Shown: positions 31,565 to 46,651 of the stretch, in pieces | Layout of the letters: each line of letters opens with the position of its first letter | How positions within the stretch are numbered: position 1 is the first letter of the stretch | NCBI GenBank assembly: GCA_964016885.1 | Contig: OZ024742.1 | Location: 282,658,001-282,722,000 of the forward strand | Origin: Eledone cirrhosa | Lineage: Eukaryota | Direction: 5' to 3' | DNA length: 64,000 nt | Translations under genes and position numbers: made by a program | Notes under the pieces: generated by a model | The model's input: the letters and a program-made list of their open reading frames with translations, nothing else | What the model was told of the DNA's origin: nothing | The model's database searches: none

Positions 31565-31567
<3 letters not shown>
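31488..31567. mobile_element. Tc1/mariner-type mini-MITE
   Basis: TA-CAGGGTGTCCCAAAA ... TTTTGGAGACACCCAG-TA. Confidence 0.75.
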
Positions 31568-31605
<38 letters not shown>

Positions 31606-31705
31606 CGCGAGAGTAAAAATTTAAATCATTTGTTGGGCTTACATTAATATCTACTTAACTCTACTTTTAAAGTATTGAATACGAAGTTGAATAAATGATC
31701 TTATA

Positions 31706-31769
<64 letters not shown>

Positions 31770-31978
31770 CATACATACAAATAAACCCATCACCACGTAC
31801 GTAAGCAGAGCAAACAAAAAAACAGACGACACATAGTCATGCATAGAACGTTTTAACGAAAAGTTATGTATTAGACTTGATAACTTTTTGATAAACTTGA
31901 AATACATAACTTTTACCTCAATTGATATCTTATTTTCATGCAGTGAACATATATATATATATATACACACACGCGCGC

Positions 31979-32052
<74 letters not shown>

Positions 32053-32333
32053 ATGTATGTATGTGCGTGTATGTATGTTCATGCGTGCGTATGTATATAT
32101 GTACGTGCAATATACGTTATGTTCTATTTGATATATTATGTTTAAACGGTTTTGAAAACATCGATATAATAATATACATACATCAATTTAATCTAGTTAT
32201 CTTAATAGCTATTGATTGAAAAGAACGGAAGAAAAAACATTTTTGTTCCCCATCTATTTTGTATAATATATATAGCTTCCTTTGCATATATATATGTGTG
32301 TGCGTATATGTATGTGTGTGTGTTTATCTCTAC

Positions 32334-32383
<50 letters not shown>

Positions 32384-32819
32384 AATTTGTTTCTCTATTT
32401 GAAGTATAGTTATTGAAATAACCATATATCTTAAATTTACATATAAACGCACACAAATTGATGTGTGTGTGTTTATATATATACATATATATATATACAT
32501 ACATATATATACACACAGAGATAAACACACACACACATATTGATGTGTGTGTGTTTATATATACTTACACATATATATATACATATATATACATATATAA
32601 ACATATATATACATGTGTATGTATGTGTGTGTGTGTGTGTGTATTTACGGATCCTTCTATCTATCCATATGTGTGCCTGCATGTATCTAGTCATAACAAT
32701 CGAGAACTTTCTCTCCATTCATTCTCTATACCTCTTTTGTATGTAACATTAAAAGCAGTCCTTAACATAACTAACAACACGATGCCGAGTCTTGCCTCGT
32801 TACGTTGTATAACGGTTTC

Positions 32820-33005
32820 AATTGGCAGTATCGGTAGAGAGTCGGACGCCATGCTTTCCAGTATAGTTACGTCCCTTTACGGTCCGAGTTCAAATCCCGC
32901 CGAAGTTAACTTTGCCTTTCATCCTTACGGGGTCGATAAAATAAAGTACCAGTAATGTACTGAGAAATTGCTGGCCTTGTGCCAAAAGTAGTAACAGTTA
33001 TTATA
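32820..33005 (+). mobile_element. SINE family A
   Basis: Near-identical to 8745-8925. Confidence 0.88.
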
Positions 33006-33059
33006 TTTGTTGCCCTGTTTAATAATTTGGTCCGAGCCCAAACTTTGCCTCTTTTCTCA

Positions 33060-33425
33060 TCACCCCTCTCTCTCTCTTTTTCTCACATCCCCTCTCTCTC
33101 TCTTTCTCTCACACCCGCTCTCTCTCTCTTTCTCTCACACCCTCTCTCTCTCTCTCTCACACACACCCTCTCTCTCACACCCTCTCTCTCTCTCTCTTTC
33201 TCTCACACCCTATCTCTCTCTCTTTCTCGCACACCCTATCTCTCTCTCTTTCTCGCACACCCTCTCTCTTTCTCGCACACCCTCTCTCTTTCTCTCACAC
33301 CCTCTCTCTTTCTCTCTCACTCACTTTCTCTCTCTCTCTCGCACTCTCTCACTCATTCTCTTTTTCTCTCTCTCGCACTCACTCACTCATTCTCTTTTTC
33401 TCTCTCTCACTCTCTTTCACTCCCT
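33060..33425. repeat. (CT)n/CACAC compound repeat
   Basis: Direct reading. Confidence 0.9.
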
Positions 33426-33662
33426 TCCACCTCCTCTCCTCATTCACCCTTATTCAGTTACGGTTTTTTTTACGTTCTGAGCTCAAATTTTATCTTCTCT
33501 CTCATTCAATCGATATATTTGATTGATCTCTAGCTCTCTGCATTTGTATTTCTTTCTGTAGATCCCAATATCTGTCTCTCTGTCTAGCGACCCCTCTATC
33601 TGTCTCTCTGTCTAGCGACCCCTCTATCTATCTACCTTATCTTTGCATGCCTCTATCTACCA

Positions 33663-34085
<423 letters not shown>

Positions 34086-35378
34086 ATTTATACATTTGTC
34101 TGTGCGCATGTGTATATGTGTAAAAAGTAATGTCTTATATCGTACCCTTGCTGGATCCGGGTTTACGTGAAGCTAAACAACAACAACAACAAGAGAGAAT
34201 TGTTTGTATTGTGACTTTTATACTCTTCCCAAGGTCATTGTTCAATGTAAAATGAGATGGAATGATTTCATGGTAGCGAATTGAAACCGTTTCGCTCAAA
34301 GCCTTTTTCTCTTTGTCTTCACAAAACTTCCTAAATCAATCAATCAATAGAACCAAACAAATCAATGACATCTCTCTTTAGCACTGCTCGTACTTTCCAA
34401 TCGAAAATATACTTGCTGCCGGTAGTAATACTGTTTGAAGTGGCGGCAATGGTGCTGATGATTAACCACAGATCTTATGTTCAATTGATTAGCTCAGTAT
34501 TCTGAGTTCAAATCCCGCCGAGATCAATTTTTTTCTCTCGTCCTACGGCGATAATAAACAAAATGGCAGTGCAGGACGATGGAATACTGTAGCAGAATTG
34601 TTAGAGAGTTGAACGAGATGTTTTGTAGTATCTATTCCGGCTTTAAAATGGCAGTACAGGACGAGGGAATAGCGGAGTTGCTAGAGAGTTGTACGAGATG
34701 TTTTGTAGTATCTGTTCTGGCTTTTTGAGTTTTGAGTTCAACTCCCGCCTCGTTCAATTTTTCCTTTTATCGCTCTGGCTCGATAAATAGTGTAGTAGTT
34801 CAGTACGATAGATTATCAGTGTTATTAGAGCATGTGGAGTGATGTATTGTGGTAACTATCCCTGCTCATTGTGTAGTAAGGTTCAATTTTCACCTATGAG
34901 CAGCTTGCCACAGCTAATCACTGGATCATAGAAACACCCTGTCCAACGTACACTAAAACCAACATAGTTGGTGCGCCTTCAATCCAGAAGTAGATCAAAA
35001 ATGGTTCGGCAGAAGTAAAAAATCTCATTTCATGAAGCCTTCATACACAGACATAGCAGCCAAATCTGCGCTCAATTTAAAACCTATTGTGATTGATAAC
35101 AGACACTTGATTTCTTAGTGTTGATTTTGATGCTCTCACTACGTCACTGTGTCTGGGAATGAAAGAAAGGGAATGGGTCCCATAGTTGAAGTTTTCTTTG
35201 ATTACAACTGTCTTCTCGCTGAGGGCTGACCTGGGGCTAAACAACAACAATCGACAGCTAGAAACACCAATAAAAATAATTAGTACCAATAACAAACAGC
35301 ACAACAGAAAGTACAAGAGCAGCACATCACACACGCACACCACACACACACATACATATACACACACAGACCCTACGC

Positions 35379-35434
<56 letters not shown>

Positions 35435-35501
35435 ACACACACACATACACACATTCATACATATACACACACACGCGCGCATACATATACACACACAAAC
35501 A

Positions 35502-35537
<36 letters not shown>

Positions 35538-35542
35538 CTCAT

Positions 35543-35668
35543 ATCCGGTAGGAAATAATAGTAATAATATTTTCTTTTTATTGACCCAATGGCATCTGAC
35601 GAAGTCTAACGTTATAGGAACAGGTTATGGAAACTATAAAAAAGGATGATTCCTACCAGACCACTGGG
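35543..35668 (+). mobile_element. Small cassette with short inverted ends and a degenerate hammerhead-like core
   Basis: TCCGGTAGGAAAT / ATTCCTACCAGA; CAT-CTGACGA...TAAC...GTTA..GAAAC...GATG. Confidence 0.4.
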
Positions 35669-36294
35669 ATATATATATATATAGAGAGAGATGTATATAT
35701 ATAGAGAGAGAGATGTATATATATAGAGAGAGATGTATATATATATAGAGAGAGATGTATATATATAGAGAGAGAGATGTATATATATAGAGAGAGAGAT
35801 GTATATATATATAGAGAGAGATGTATATATATAGAGAGAGATGTATATATATAGAGAGAGAGAGATGTATATATAGAGAGAGAGATGTATATATATATAG
35901 AGAGAGAGATGTATATATATATAGAGAGAGAGATGTATATATATAGAGAGAGAGATGTATATATATAGAGAGAGAGATGTATATATATATAGAGAGAGAG
36001 ATGTATATATATATAGAGAGATGTATATATATATAGAGAGAGATGTATATATATATAGAGAGATGTATATATATATAGAGAGAGAGATGTATATATATAT
36101 AGAGAGAGATGTATATATATATAGAGAGAGATGTATATATATAGAGAGAGAGATGTATATATATAGAGAGAGAGATGTATATATATAGAGAGAGATGTAT
36201 ATATATATAGAGAGAGATGTATATATATATAGAGAGATGTATATATATATAGAGAGAGAGATGTATATATATATAGAGAGATGTATATATATAG

Positions 36295-36329
<35 letters not shown>

Positions 36330-36330
36330 A
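35668..36330. repeat. [(TA)n(GA)nTG] minisatellite
   Basis: Direct reading. Confidence 0.95.
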
Positions 36331-36458
36331 ATGTATATATGTATAGATATACGTGTGAGTGTATATAATTGTTGGGATACAACAAGCAAATATTTTTATA
36401 ACTGATATAAAGCACTCAACAAGTATTTGGAGTAATATATATATATGTGTGTGTGTGT

Positions 36459-36501
<43 letters not shown>

Positions 36502-36505
36502 ATTG

Positions 36506-36538
<33 letters not shown>

Positions 36539-36745
36539 ATTGTATATATATATATATGTGTGTGTATTGTATATATATATACATATATATGTGTGTGTGT
36601 GTATATATAATCATTTATTATCTTACTGCCGTCATGCTGAAGCAACGCCCGCCTTGAATTTTTTTTATCTAATTATATCGGCATGCATTAATTCTTGAAG
36701 TTTGGTATTTATTTACAGAAGTTTATATTTTGTCGAAACACTAAG

Positions 36746-36792
<47 letters not shown>

Positions 36793-36799
<7 letters not shown>

Positions 36800-37874
36800 T
36801 CACTCACTCACTCACTCACTCACTCACTCACTCACTCACTCACTCACTCACTCACTCACTCACTCACTCACTCACTCACTCACTCACTCACTCACTCACT
36901 CACTCACTCACTCACTCACTCACTCACTCACTCACTCACTCACTCACTCACTCACTCACTCACTCACTCACTCACTCACTCACTCACTCACTCACTCACT
37001 CACTCACTCACTCACTCACTCACTCACTCACTCACTCACTCACTCACTCACTCACTCACTCACTCACTCACTCACTCACTCACTCACTCACTCACTCACT
37101 CACTCACTCACTCACTCACTCACTCACTCACTCACTCACTCACTCACTCACTCACTCACTCACTCACTCACTCACTCACTCACTCACTCACTCACTCACT
37201 CACTCACTCACTCACTCACTCACTCACTCACTCACTCACTCACTCACTCACTCACTCACTCACTCACTCACTCACTCACTCACTCACTCACTCACTCACT
37301 CACTCACTCACTCACTCACTCACTCACTCACTCACTCACTCACTCACTCACTCACTCACTCACTCACTCACTCACTCACTCACTCACTCACTCACTCACT
37401 CACTCACTCACTCACTCACTCACTCACTCACTCACTCACTCACTCACTCACTCACTCACTCACTCACTCACTCACTCACTCACTCACTCACTCACTCACT
37501 CACTCACTCACTCACTCACTCACTCACTCACTCACTCACTCACTCACTCACTCACTCACTCACTCACTCACTCACTCACTCACTCACTCACTCACTCACT
37601 CACTCACTCACTCACTCACTCACTCACTCACTCACTCACTCACTCACTCACTCACTCACTCACTCACTCACTCACTCACTCACTCACTCACTCACTCACT
37701 CACTCACTCACTCACTCACTCACTCACTCACTCACTCACTCACTCACTCACTCACTCACTCACTCACTCACTCACTCACTCACTCACTCACTCACTCACT
37801 CACTCACTCACTCACTCACTCACTCACTCACTCACTCACTCACTCACTCACTCACTCACTCACTCACTCACTCA
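36793..37874. repeat. Uninterrupted (CACT)n tetranucleotide array of ~1.08 kb
   Basis: Direct reading; grows out of a (CA)n run. Confidence 0.98.
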
Positions 37875-38052
37875 CAAGACGGGCTCTACTGTTTCCATGT
37901 AACAAATTTTACCCATGTGGCATGCATCAACGCTATGCTATATCGAAGACATTTGTCCAAGGTACCACGCAGTGGCACTGAAGACGTAATCATATGGTTG
38001 CGCAGTGACCTCTCTCTCTCTCTCCATACTTATATATATATATATATATTAT

Positions 38053-38230
38053 GGGCGGTGGGTTGACAATATCAGCAGAGCGTCGGACGCCATGCTTTGC
38101 AGCATAGAGTTACGGTCCTTTATGATCTGAGTTCAAATCCCGCCATGGTTAGCTTTGCCTTTCATCCTTACGAGTCACACTGGGGTCGATTTAATCGACT
38201 TTGCCCTTCCCCTTGTGCCTATATCGGAAA
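38053..38230 (+). mobile_element. SINE family A with an internal deletion
   Basis: Family A motifs. Confidence 0.75.
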
Positions 38231-38446
38231 CTATATATATATATATAGACATCCGTCGGTTTCGATGATGAACATTCAGCTGTTCGATCAATTAACTTTA
38301 TGTGGCTGAGTATTTCACCTTATTCTATACAATTGCTGACAACACACAGACATACATGCACTCTCTCTCTCTCCCCCTCCCTCTCTCTCTCGCTCTCTCT
38401 TCCCCACTCACTCACTCTTTCTCTCTTTCTGTCTCTCTCTCACTCA

Positions 38447-38494
<48 letters not shown>

Positions 38495-38829
38495 CATTTA
38501 TTTAATATTTCGACATTATCAAAAGTATTACACACAAATTCACATTCCCACAGAGTTTTGAATATTTTCAATTATAATTCTACACATCACCATTATTCTT
38601 TGTCGCCTCCTTATTAAAGGGCATCATCATAACAACCATGATGACCACTATGATCACTATTCCTCCCCTCCTTATCATCATCATCATCATCATTGTTATT
38701 GGTGTTTAATATTCTCAGCCTCAATTATCATCATCATCATCATGACCATCGTCGTTATTATTTTAGTGTAGTTTTAATAAGGATAATAGTGATTTCTATT
38801 TTAGAAACAAGGCCAGCAATTTCGGGATA

Positions 38830-39010
38830 TTTGGCAGTATCGGTAGAGCGTCAGACACCATGCTTTCCAGCATAGAGTTACGGCCCTTAACGATCTGAGT
38901 TCAAATCCCGCCGAGGTTAGCTTTGCCTTTCATCCTTACGGGGTCGATAAAATAAAGTACCAGTAATGCACTGGGTAATTGCTGGCCTTGTGCCAAAAAG
39001 TAGAAACAAT
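38830..39010 (+). mobile_element. SINE family A
   Basis: Near-identical to 8745-8925 and 32820-33005. Confidence 0.88.
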
Positions 39011-39139
39011 TATTAATAATAATAATATTAAAAATAATAATAATAATTTTAATATTATTATCAAAAGTAATCATTACCATCGTCATCATCATTAACATCA
39101 TCATAACCCTTATTTTGATTTACTACCACCACCACCACC

Positions 39140-39187
<48 letters not shown>

Positions 39188-39475
39188 GTAGTTCAGTAGT
39201 TATGAGATATAACACCGGAGATTGCCGCCTTGGGGGGTCGAATTATATAACTAACTGCTAATCATCGATCCTCAATAAATTTCCTATTTTTCTCTGTGAA
39301 TACTTGTATAACTGAGTATAGTTTGTCAGTGAATGCTTTGTATGTTTGTATGATTGCCTGCCTGTATGTGTGTCTAAGTAATATATATTCACACACAAAC
39401 ACGCATATACATAATTAATGGAAGTATTACACACACACACAAATACATATACATATATATATATACACACACGCG

Positions 39476-39513
<38 letters not shown>

Positions 39514-39606
39514 CGCACATACATACACCTTGTGTGTGTGTATATGCGTATATGTATGTGTGTGTATATATGTATGTGTGTGTATATATGTGTGTGTATA
39601 TATGTA

Positions 39607-39691
<85 letters not shown>

Positions 39692-40489
39692 GCGTGTGTG
39701 TATATATATATATATATGTATGTGCGTGTGTGTGTATATATATGCGGGAGTATATTTATGTGTATATAACGTGTATGTGCGGTATGTTCGCACCTTATTT
39801 GGTACCAGATTATACTCATCTCTGAGTTTGTTTTGTGTTATTTAGGTTTTGTTTGTTTTTACATTCCAAATATTCTGCCCCAAACTTTTTCATCTTATTT
39901 TAAATTTTTTGTAGATTTTTAAAACATTCAATCATGATATTTTGTGATATTATAAGATATTTTATGCTAATGGTATATTTGATAGAAAGATACTCTATAT
40001 TCTCTTTTAACCCTTTCAATACAACCTACCTGAAGCATTCCTGGTTTTATAATACAAAATTACCCATTCTAAAGTGTTCCTACTTACATTAAAACTTCCC
40101 AGTAGAATTTTATGTAAGAACCTTATTTAAATCATGTTCCAAACTCCATCTTAATCATAAAAACGTTAGTTATCTTGTTCAATTCTTCCAAATGTTTGAA
40201 TGTTTTCAAAATTACTTGAATCACATTGGCAGAATAAATTTGTTTGGTCCTCAGCTATTTCCTGATAATCTGTCATATATTTGGTTTTCTTTCTTCTGAT
40301 GTCTTAATTTTTCATTTGTAATGATACATTTCCTGTCCTATAAATATTTCTGTCATAACTTGTAACGAATTATTTTTTATCATTAATTTGTTTCATCTTA
40401 ATCGTTTTGCTCATATCGTGTCTTATTCTTTTCTTTTCCATCTTTTATTTTAATGCGTGATAATATAAATAGAATATAACAATAATAAT

Positions 40490-41081
40490 AATTGTTTCTA
40501 CTTTTGACACAAGGCCAGCAATTATACCAGTGTATTACTGGTACTTTATTTTTATCGACCCCGTAAGGATGAAAGGCAAAGTTAACCTCGGCGGGATTTG
40601 AACTCAGAAAATAAAGGGCCGTAACTCTTTGCTGCAAAGCATGGCGTCAGATCCTCTACCGATACTGCCAGTCCACCACCCTTATACAATAATTGTTTCT
40701 ACTTTTGGCACAAGGCCAGCAATTTCCCAGTACATTACTGGTACTTTATTTTATCGACCCCGTAAAGATGAAAGGCAAAGTTAACCTCGGCGGGATTTGA
40801 ACTCAGATCATAAAGGGACGTAACTCTATGCTTCAAAGCATGGCGTCAGACCCTCTACCGATACTGCCAATCCACCTCCCTTATACAATAATAATACTAC
40901 TACTAATAATAATAATTGTTTCTACATTTTACACAAGGCCAGCAAGTATCCCAGTACATTACTGGTACTTTATTTTATCGACCCCATAAGGATGAAAGGC
41001 AGAGTTAACCTCGGCGGGATTTGGTTAACTTTGCCTTTCATCCTTATGGGGTCGATAAAATAAAGCACCAGTAATGTACTG
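40490..41081 (-). mobile_element. Three tandem family-A SINEs; the third is 5'-truncated and folded back (hairpin 40952-41081)
   Basis: Units at ~40490, ~40690 and ~40913; arms 40952-41010 / 41023-41081. Confidence 0.88.
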
Positions 41082-41109
41082 AAATAATAATGATAAACAT
41101 ACACGTACA

Positions 41110-41500
41110 CCAGGTCCGAACACAGAGGAGCTGAACTCCCATTTATCAGCTCCATCTCTCTCACTTTCCCCATCTCTCACTATAATGAGCAAATGGAGTC
41201 CCATGCGCTGGCCGCCTCACGTCCCCGGCGGACAGAATAGAGAAGGCGTTTCCCAGGATGATGGTGAGGGAGACGCACTGGAAGAGGCATTCCATCTCTC
41301 GAGGTTCACACCTGCGGCTAGCCAGCTCAGCGCCTATGGTGGTAAGTAGGGAGGTAGCCCTAGGTCCAAGGACACCAGAAGTCTCCACTGCTAGGGGCTC
41401 CACTACAAACCTGTCGGAGAACGACCGATACTTGGAGAGTTTACCCTCCTCATCTTGGAGAGTTTACCCTCCTCATTCCGAAGTGCAGCAGAACCTTTGA
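41110..41500 (-). mobile_element. 3' fragment of a CRE-like (restriction-like endonuclease) non-LTR retrotransposon
   Basis: EEGKLSKYRSFSDRFVVEPLAVETSGVLGPRATSLL..IG..L....EPRE...LFQCVSLTIILGNAFSIL resembles the E..K..KY / PLAVET.G / QR.S..I.RGNA C-terminus. Confidence 0.7.
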
Positions 41501-42595
41501 TATTATGTCTTTTATTTGGTTTTCTTCCTCTGTTTTTTTTTTTGTTTTATTCATTTGTAATAAATCTTCGGAAGTAGAAGGCTGGTAGATTGGTATAATT
41601 GGCAGAGCGTCGGATACAATTTCATCGTGATATTTACATCTTTACATTTTGAGTTCGAATGTCGTTAAGGTCAATTTTGATAAAATAAAGTACCAGTAAT
41701 GCACTGGGATCGCTTTAATCGACCCCCCCCCCTTCCCCCCCAAAATATTACTGTCCTTCTATACTAGAAATTATTATCATTAGTAGTAGTCTACATCAGA
41801 AACCAATATTACTTGGAAGACGGCAAATTGGCAGAGTCGTTAAGGCGTCGGATTAAAAATGCCTCTATCATTCTCCGGTTCACTACTCTCTGAGTTTAAA
41901 TCCTTCCGAGGTCAACTTTCCGCGTAATAGGTTGTTAGGTTAGGTATCAGTCCAGAACTGGGATCAATTCTTCACCCCCTTCTCTCTTTATCTCTCTCTT
42001 AAAGAAATTGGTTGACTGTTCCGACGTGGAGAGGTATATGCTCCGCCAGGTTCAAATGCCTAAGACATGCCATGTGTCAGGATGGTGCCCCCTACGACTC
42101 CATCAGGAGTTAAGGCCCTTTTCATTGAATATTATACGTTAAAACGTCTGAACAAACCTTATATATTCCGGCTTCTACGTTTTGGGTTTCAAATCTCAAC
42201 GCTGTCTATTTTCCTTTTCATCACATCAGGGAGCGGTAATCGATAAACAAATCTGTAGTGTCTCATCATATATATATTTGGTATAATCTGTCGTTATTGT
42301 GTTATTTGAATTATTTGTTTATTTTGGTGGTGTTTTGTCATCTACGTTTATTTTATTAATATTATATTTTAACAAACGTTTCGGTGGTATGTTCTCCTGG
42401 AAATATTTCTTACTTGTTTCAATGAGATTTTATGTTAATCTTATAAATTTACCCAATTAACTAATTGTAATTAACTAATAAGTTTTAAATATACGTGTAT
42501 AGATAGAGATAGACAGGCAAATACACAGAGATATACAGCAAGGAAGACAGATAAATATATTAGATATATAGTTATATATATATATATATAATATA

Positions 42596-43380
42596 GAGGA
42601 AAATTCCAGCGTCCACATACTCCCTCCACAACATTGATATCAAGAAGTCCTCTTGTGAACGTGACCTGGGCATTACCGTCAGCAGCGATTTGCGTTTAAC
42701 AAAGCACATCTCTAAAATTGTCAAGAAGGCCGAGGGTATCTTGGCATCACTCAGCAAGACCTTTGTTAGCCGCTCTCCAGCCATCTATTTAAAGCTGTAT
42801 ACAGCTATGGTACGACCACACTTGGATTCGCATCATCAGTCTGGAACCCCTATCTTGCTCAGAACATTGACCTCCTGGAAACTGTTCAGAGACGTGCAAC
42901 CAAGCGCATACCCTCCATCAGACATCTACCATACTCTGAACGCCTTGCTTCCCTGGACATGGATTCATTGAAGCTCCGACGTCTGGCAATGGACTTGGTA
43001 AACACCCACAAAGTTATTAACCATCTCGCCAACAACAACCCTGAGCACCTTTTTGATCTCCATGTGTCTAACACACGTGGACATGCCTACAAAATCAGAA
43101 AACAGCACAGCTCCCTTGACTTTCGGAAACATTTTTTCAAGCTTAGAGTTGCTGAAGCATGGAACAAACTGCCTGCGTCAGTTGTTAGCTGCCGAGACAC
43201 TGCATCCTTTAAAACCCTCATGCTTCCCGAAATTCGCCAAAACTACACCTGATGTACCCCTTACATACACATGCACTGTTCATTTTCCTGACGTTTGTAC
43301 ATTACCCTATGTACAATATATACACTTTTGATCAGTTGTAGTGCACCTGAGCACTGTACACAATATTTTCATTATTATTA
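42596..43380 (+). mobile_element. CR1-type LINE 3' end (post-RT region, frameshift near 42825), 3' UTR and (ATT)n tail
   Basis: ERDLGITVSSDL...LYTAMVRPHL / SSVWNPY...VQRRATK...YSERL..L...SLKLRR...TRGH..K...RKHFF..RV..AWNKLP. Confidence 0.9.
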
Positions 43381-43384
43381 TATG

Positions 43385-43388
43385 TAAG

Positions 43389-43421
<33 letters not shown>

Positions 43422-43471
43422 TATACATATATCAACACATATATATGTATATATATATATGTGTGTGTATG

Positions 43472-43502
<31 letters not shown>

Positions 43503-43519
43503 ATGTATGCGTGTATGTG

Positions 43520-43568
<49 letters not shown>

Positions 43569-44496
43569 ATATATATATATATGTGTGTATGTATATATAT
43601 ATGTGTGTATGTATATATATATGTGTGTATATATATATATATATATGTATGTATATATATATATATGTATGTATATATATATATATGTATGTATATATAT
43701 ATGTATGTATATATATATATATGTATGTATATATATATATATGTATGTATATATATATATGTATGTATATATATATATGTATGTATATATATATATGTAT
43801 GTATATATATATATATGTATGTATATATATATATATATGTGTGTATGTATATATATATATGTGTGTATGTATATATATATATGTGTGTATGTATATATAT
43901 ATATATGTGTGTATGTATATATATATATATGTGTGTATGTATATATATATATGTGTGTATGTATATATATATATGTGTGTATGTATGTATATATATATAT
44001 ATATATATATGTGTATGTATATATATATATATATATATATGTGTATGTATATATATATATATATATATGTGTATGTATATATATATATATATATATGTGT
44101 GTATGTATATATATATATATATGTGTGTACGTATATGTATATATGAATATGTATATATATGTATGTATATATACACACACACGCGAGCGCATACACTCAC
44201 ATACATGCATACACGATAGACAAATAAATATATATAGAGAGTATGGGTATTCTGCTACGCACAAACACAAATAGTGTGTGTATAGGATGGTAGGCATGAT
44301 ATGTATGTACGTACGTGCGCGTGCGCACGACGCTGTAAGTATACAATTTTAAGAAGCTGACAGTTATGACTGGACAAGGTTTCACGATTCACTGACGATC
44401 GTCAGACAATTTATATTACACATATGTTGAATCATAGAACGGATGGAAATTCGAAGTTGCTGGACATTTATCAAATTACTAGGTCATGTGTGTGTC

Positions 44497-44590
<94 letters not shown>

Positions 44591-44619
44591 ATGTGTGTAT
44601 ATATATATATATGTGTGTT

Positions 44620-44691
<72 letters not shown>

Positions 44692-44700
44692 ATATATATA

Positions 44701-44744
<44 letters not shown>

Positions 44745-44800
44745 ATATATATATAATGTGTATATATATATATATATATATATGTGTGTATATATATATA

Positions 44801-44846
<46 letters not shown>

Positions 44847-44880
44847 ATATATATATGTGTGTGTATATATATATAATGTG

Positions 44881-44911
<31 letters not shown>

Positions 44912-45276
44912 ATATATATATATGTGTGTATATATATATATGTGTATATATATATATATATGTGTGTATATATATATATGTGTGTATATATATATATGTG
45001 TATGTATATATATATATGTGTATATATATATATATATGTGTGTATATATATATGTGTGTGTGTGTATATATATATATATATGTGTGTATATATATATATA
45101 TATGTGTGTATATATATATGTGTGTGTATATATATTTATATGTGTGTGTATATATATTTATATGTATGTGTATATATATTTATATATGTGTGTGTATATA
45201 TATATATTTATATATATGTGTGTGTATATATATATATTTATATATATGTGTGTGTGTATATATATATATATTTATA

Positions 45277-45307
<31 letters not shown>

Positions 45308-45510
45308 TTATGTGTGTGTATATATATATATTTATATATATGTGTGTGTATATATATTTTTATATATATATGTGTGTGTATATATATTTATATATATATA
45401 TGTGTATATATATATATATATTTATATGTGTGTATATATATATATATATTTATATGTGTGTATATATATTTATATATATGTGTGTGTATATATATATGTG
45501 TGTGTGCGTC
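43385..45510. repeat. Two (TA)n/(TG)n arrays separated by a short unique island (44170-44490)
   Basis: Direct reading. Confidence 0.93.
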
Positions 45511-45805
45511 TGAATATATATACGTTTACACGTTTTGGGATGAATATCTATATATTCACATATCTTTACACATACATATCTACACACTCATACACAAATA
45601 TATCTATACACTTAAATGGGTATGTATGTATGTAAGAAATTTGTAATAAATACCGATCGATTCTTTCATAGACATAATGTTTAGATTAGCAATTCGTTTG
45701 GTAATGTATTGGCAATTGGTTTTTCTGTACGTATATAGGTGTTTGAGTTCGTCTGTGTGTCTATTTGTATATGTGTGTGTGTGTATATATATATATTTGT
45801 GTGTG

Positions 45806-45838
<33 letters not shown>

Positions 45839-45842
45839 GTGT

Positions 45843-45915
<73 letters not shown>

Positions 45916-46304
45916 TGTGTGAGTGTATAAATATCACAATTTCCTATCTCCTCTATAAAACAGGGTTTCACAATTGTCTTATGAAATAATTATTTAAAAC
46001 TATTTCTCTATTTTCTGAAAGACAGTAGTAGCTGTAAAGTATGTTAGCGAGTTGTGTGTGTCGTTTGTGCATGTACGAAAACAAAAGAGATTCGCATCTA
46101 CTTAAATGACTACTACGGCACGCTTACTCATCATGTACATGTACACACTTATATACTCAAAGCTACTTACTTCTATGAGCAAGCGACCGGAATTGAACGA
46201 AGATAAACTTATGTTATTAGCTATTTCCTAAATTAGCTTTGTATGTGATGCATTAATGGAACTATTGTCGGTTAGCCTTAAGATTTGCCTACAAAATCTT
46301 TTTT

Positions 46305-46367
<63 letters not shown>

Positions 46368-46651
46368 CCAACCATACACTAAGAGAGAACGAAAGAAAAC
46401 TGCGGACAAAAATATGAATTTCCCACCCTAGACATGTATGCAAAAACTAAAAACTTTTTCTCCACTTTATTATTCGTATAAATATGTAATTTAACTGCAC
46501 TATACACTTACGTCGTCGACAAAGCATATATAGCTGAAACCGGTAGACAATTTAATGCAGAAATCCCTTCTTTGTAAATAAATGTTTTGATGTTATACTG
46601 AAAAAAACCCTCTAGCATTTTCTGTATTTGTTTCCCTTTTGACTATATGTT

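Noticed and set aside
36695-38066. THSL-repeat ORFs of 428 and 454 aa
   Set aside because: Translation of (CACT)n.
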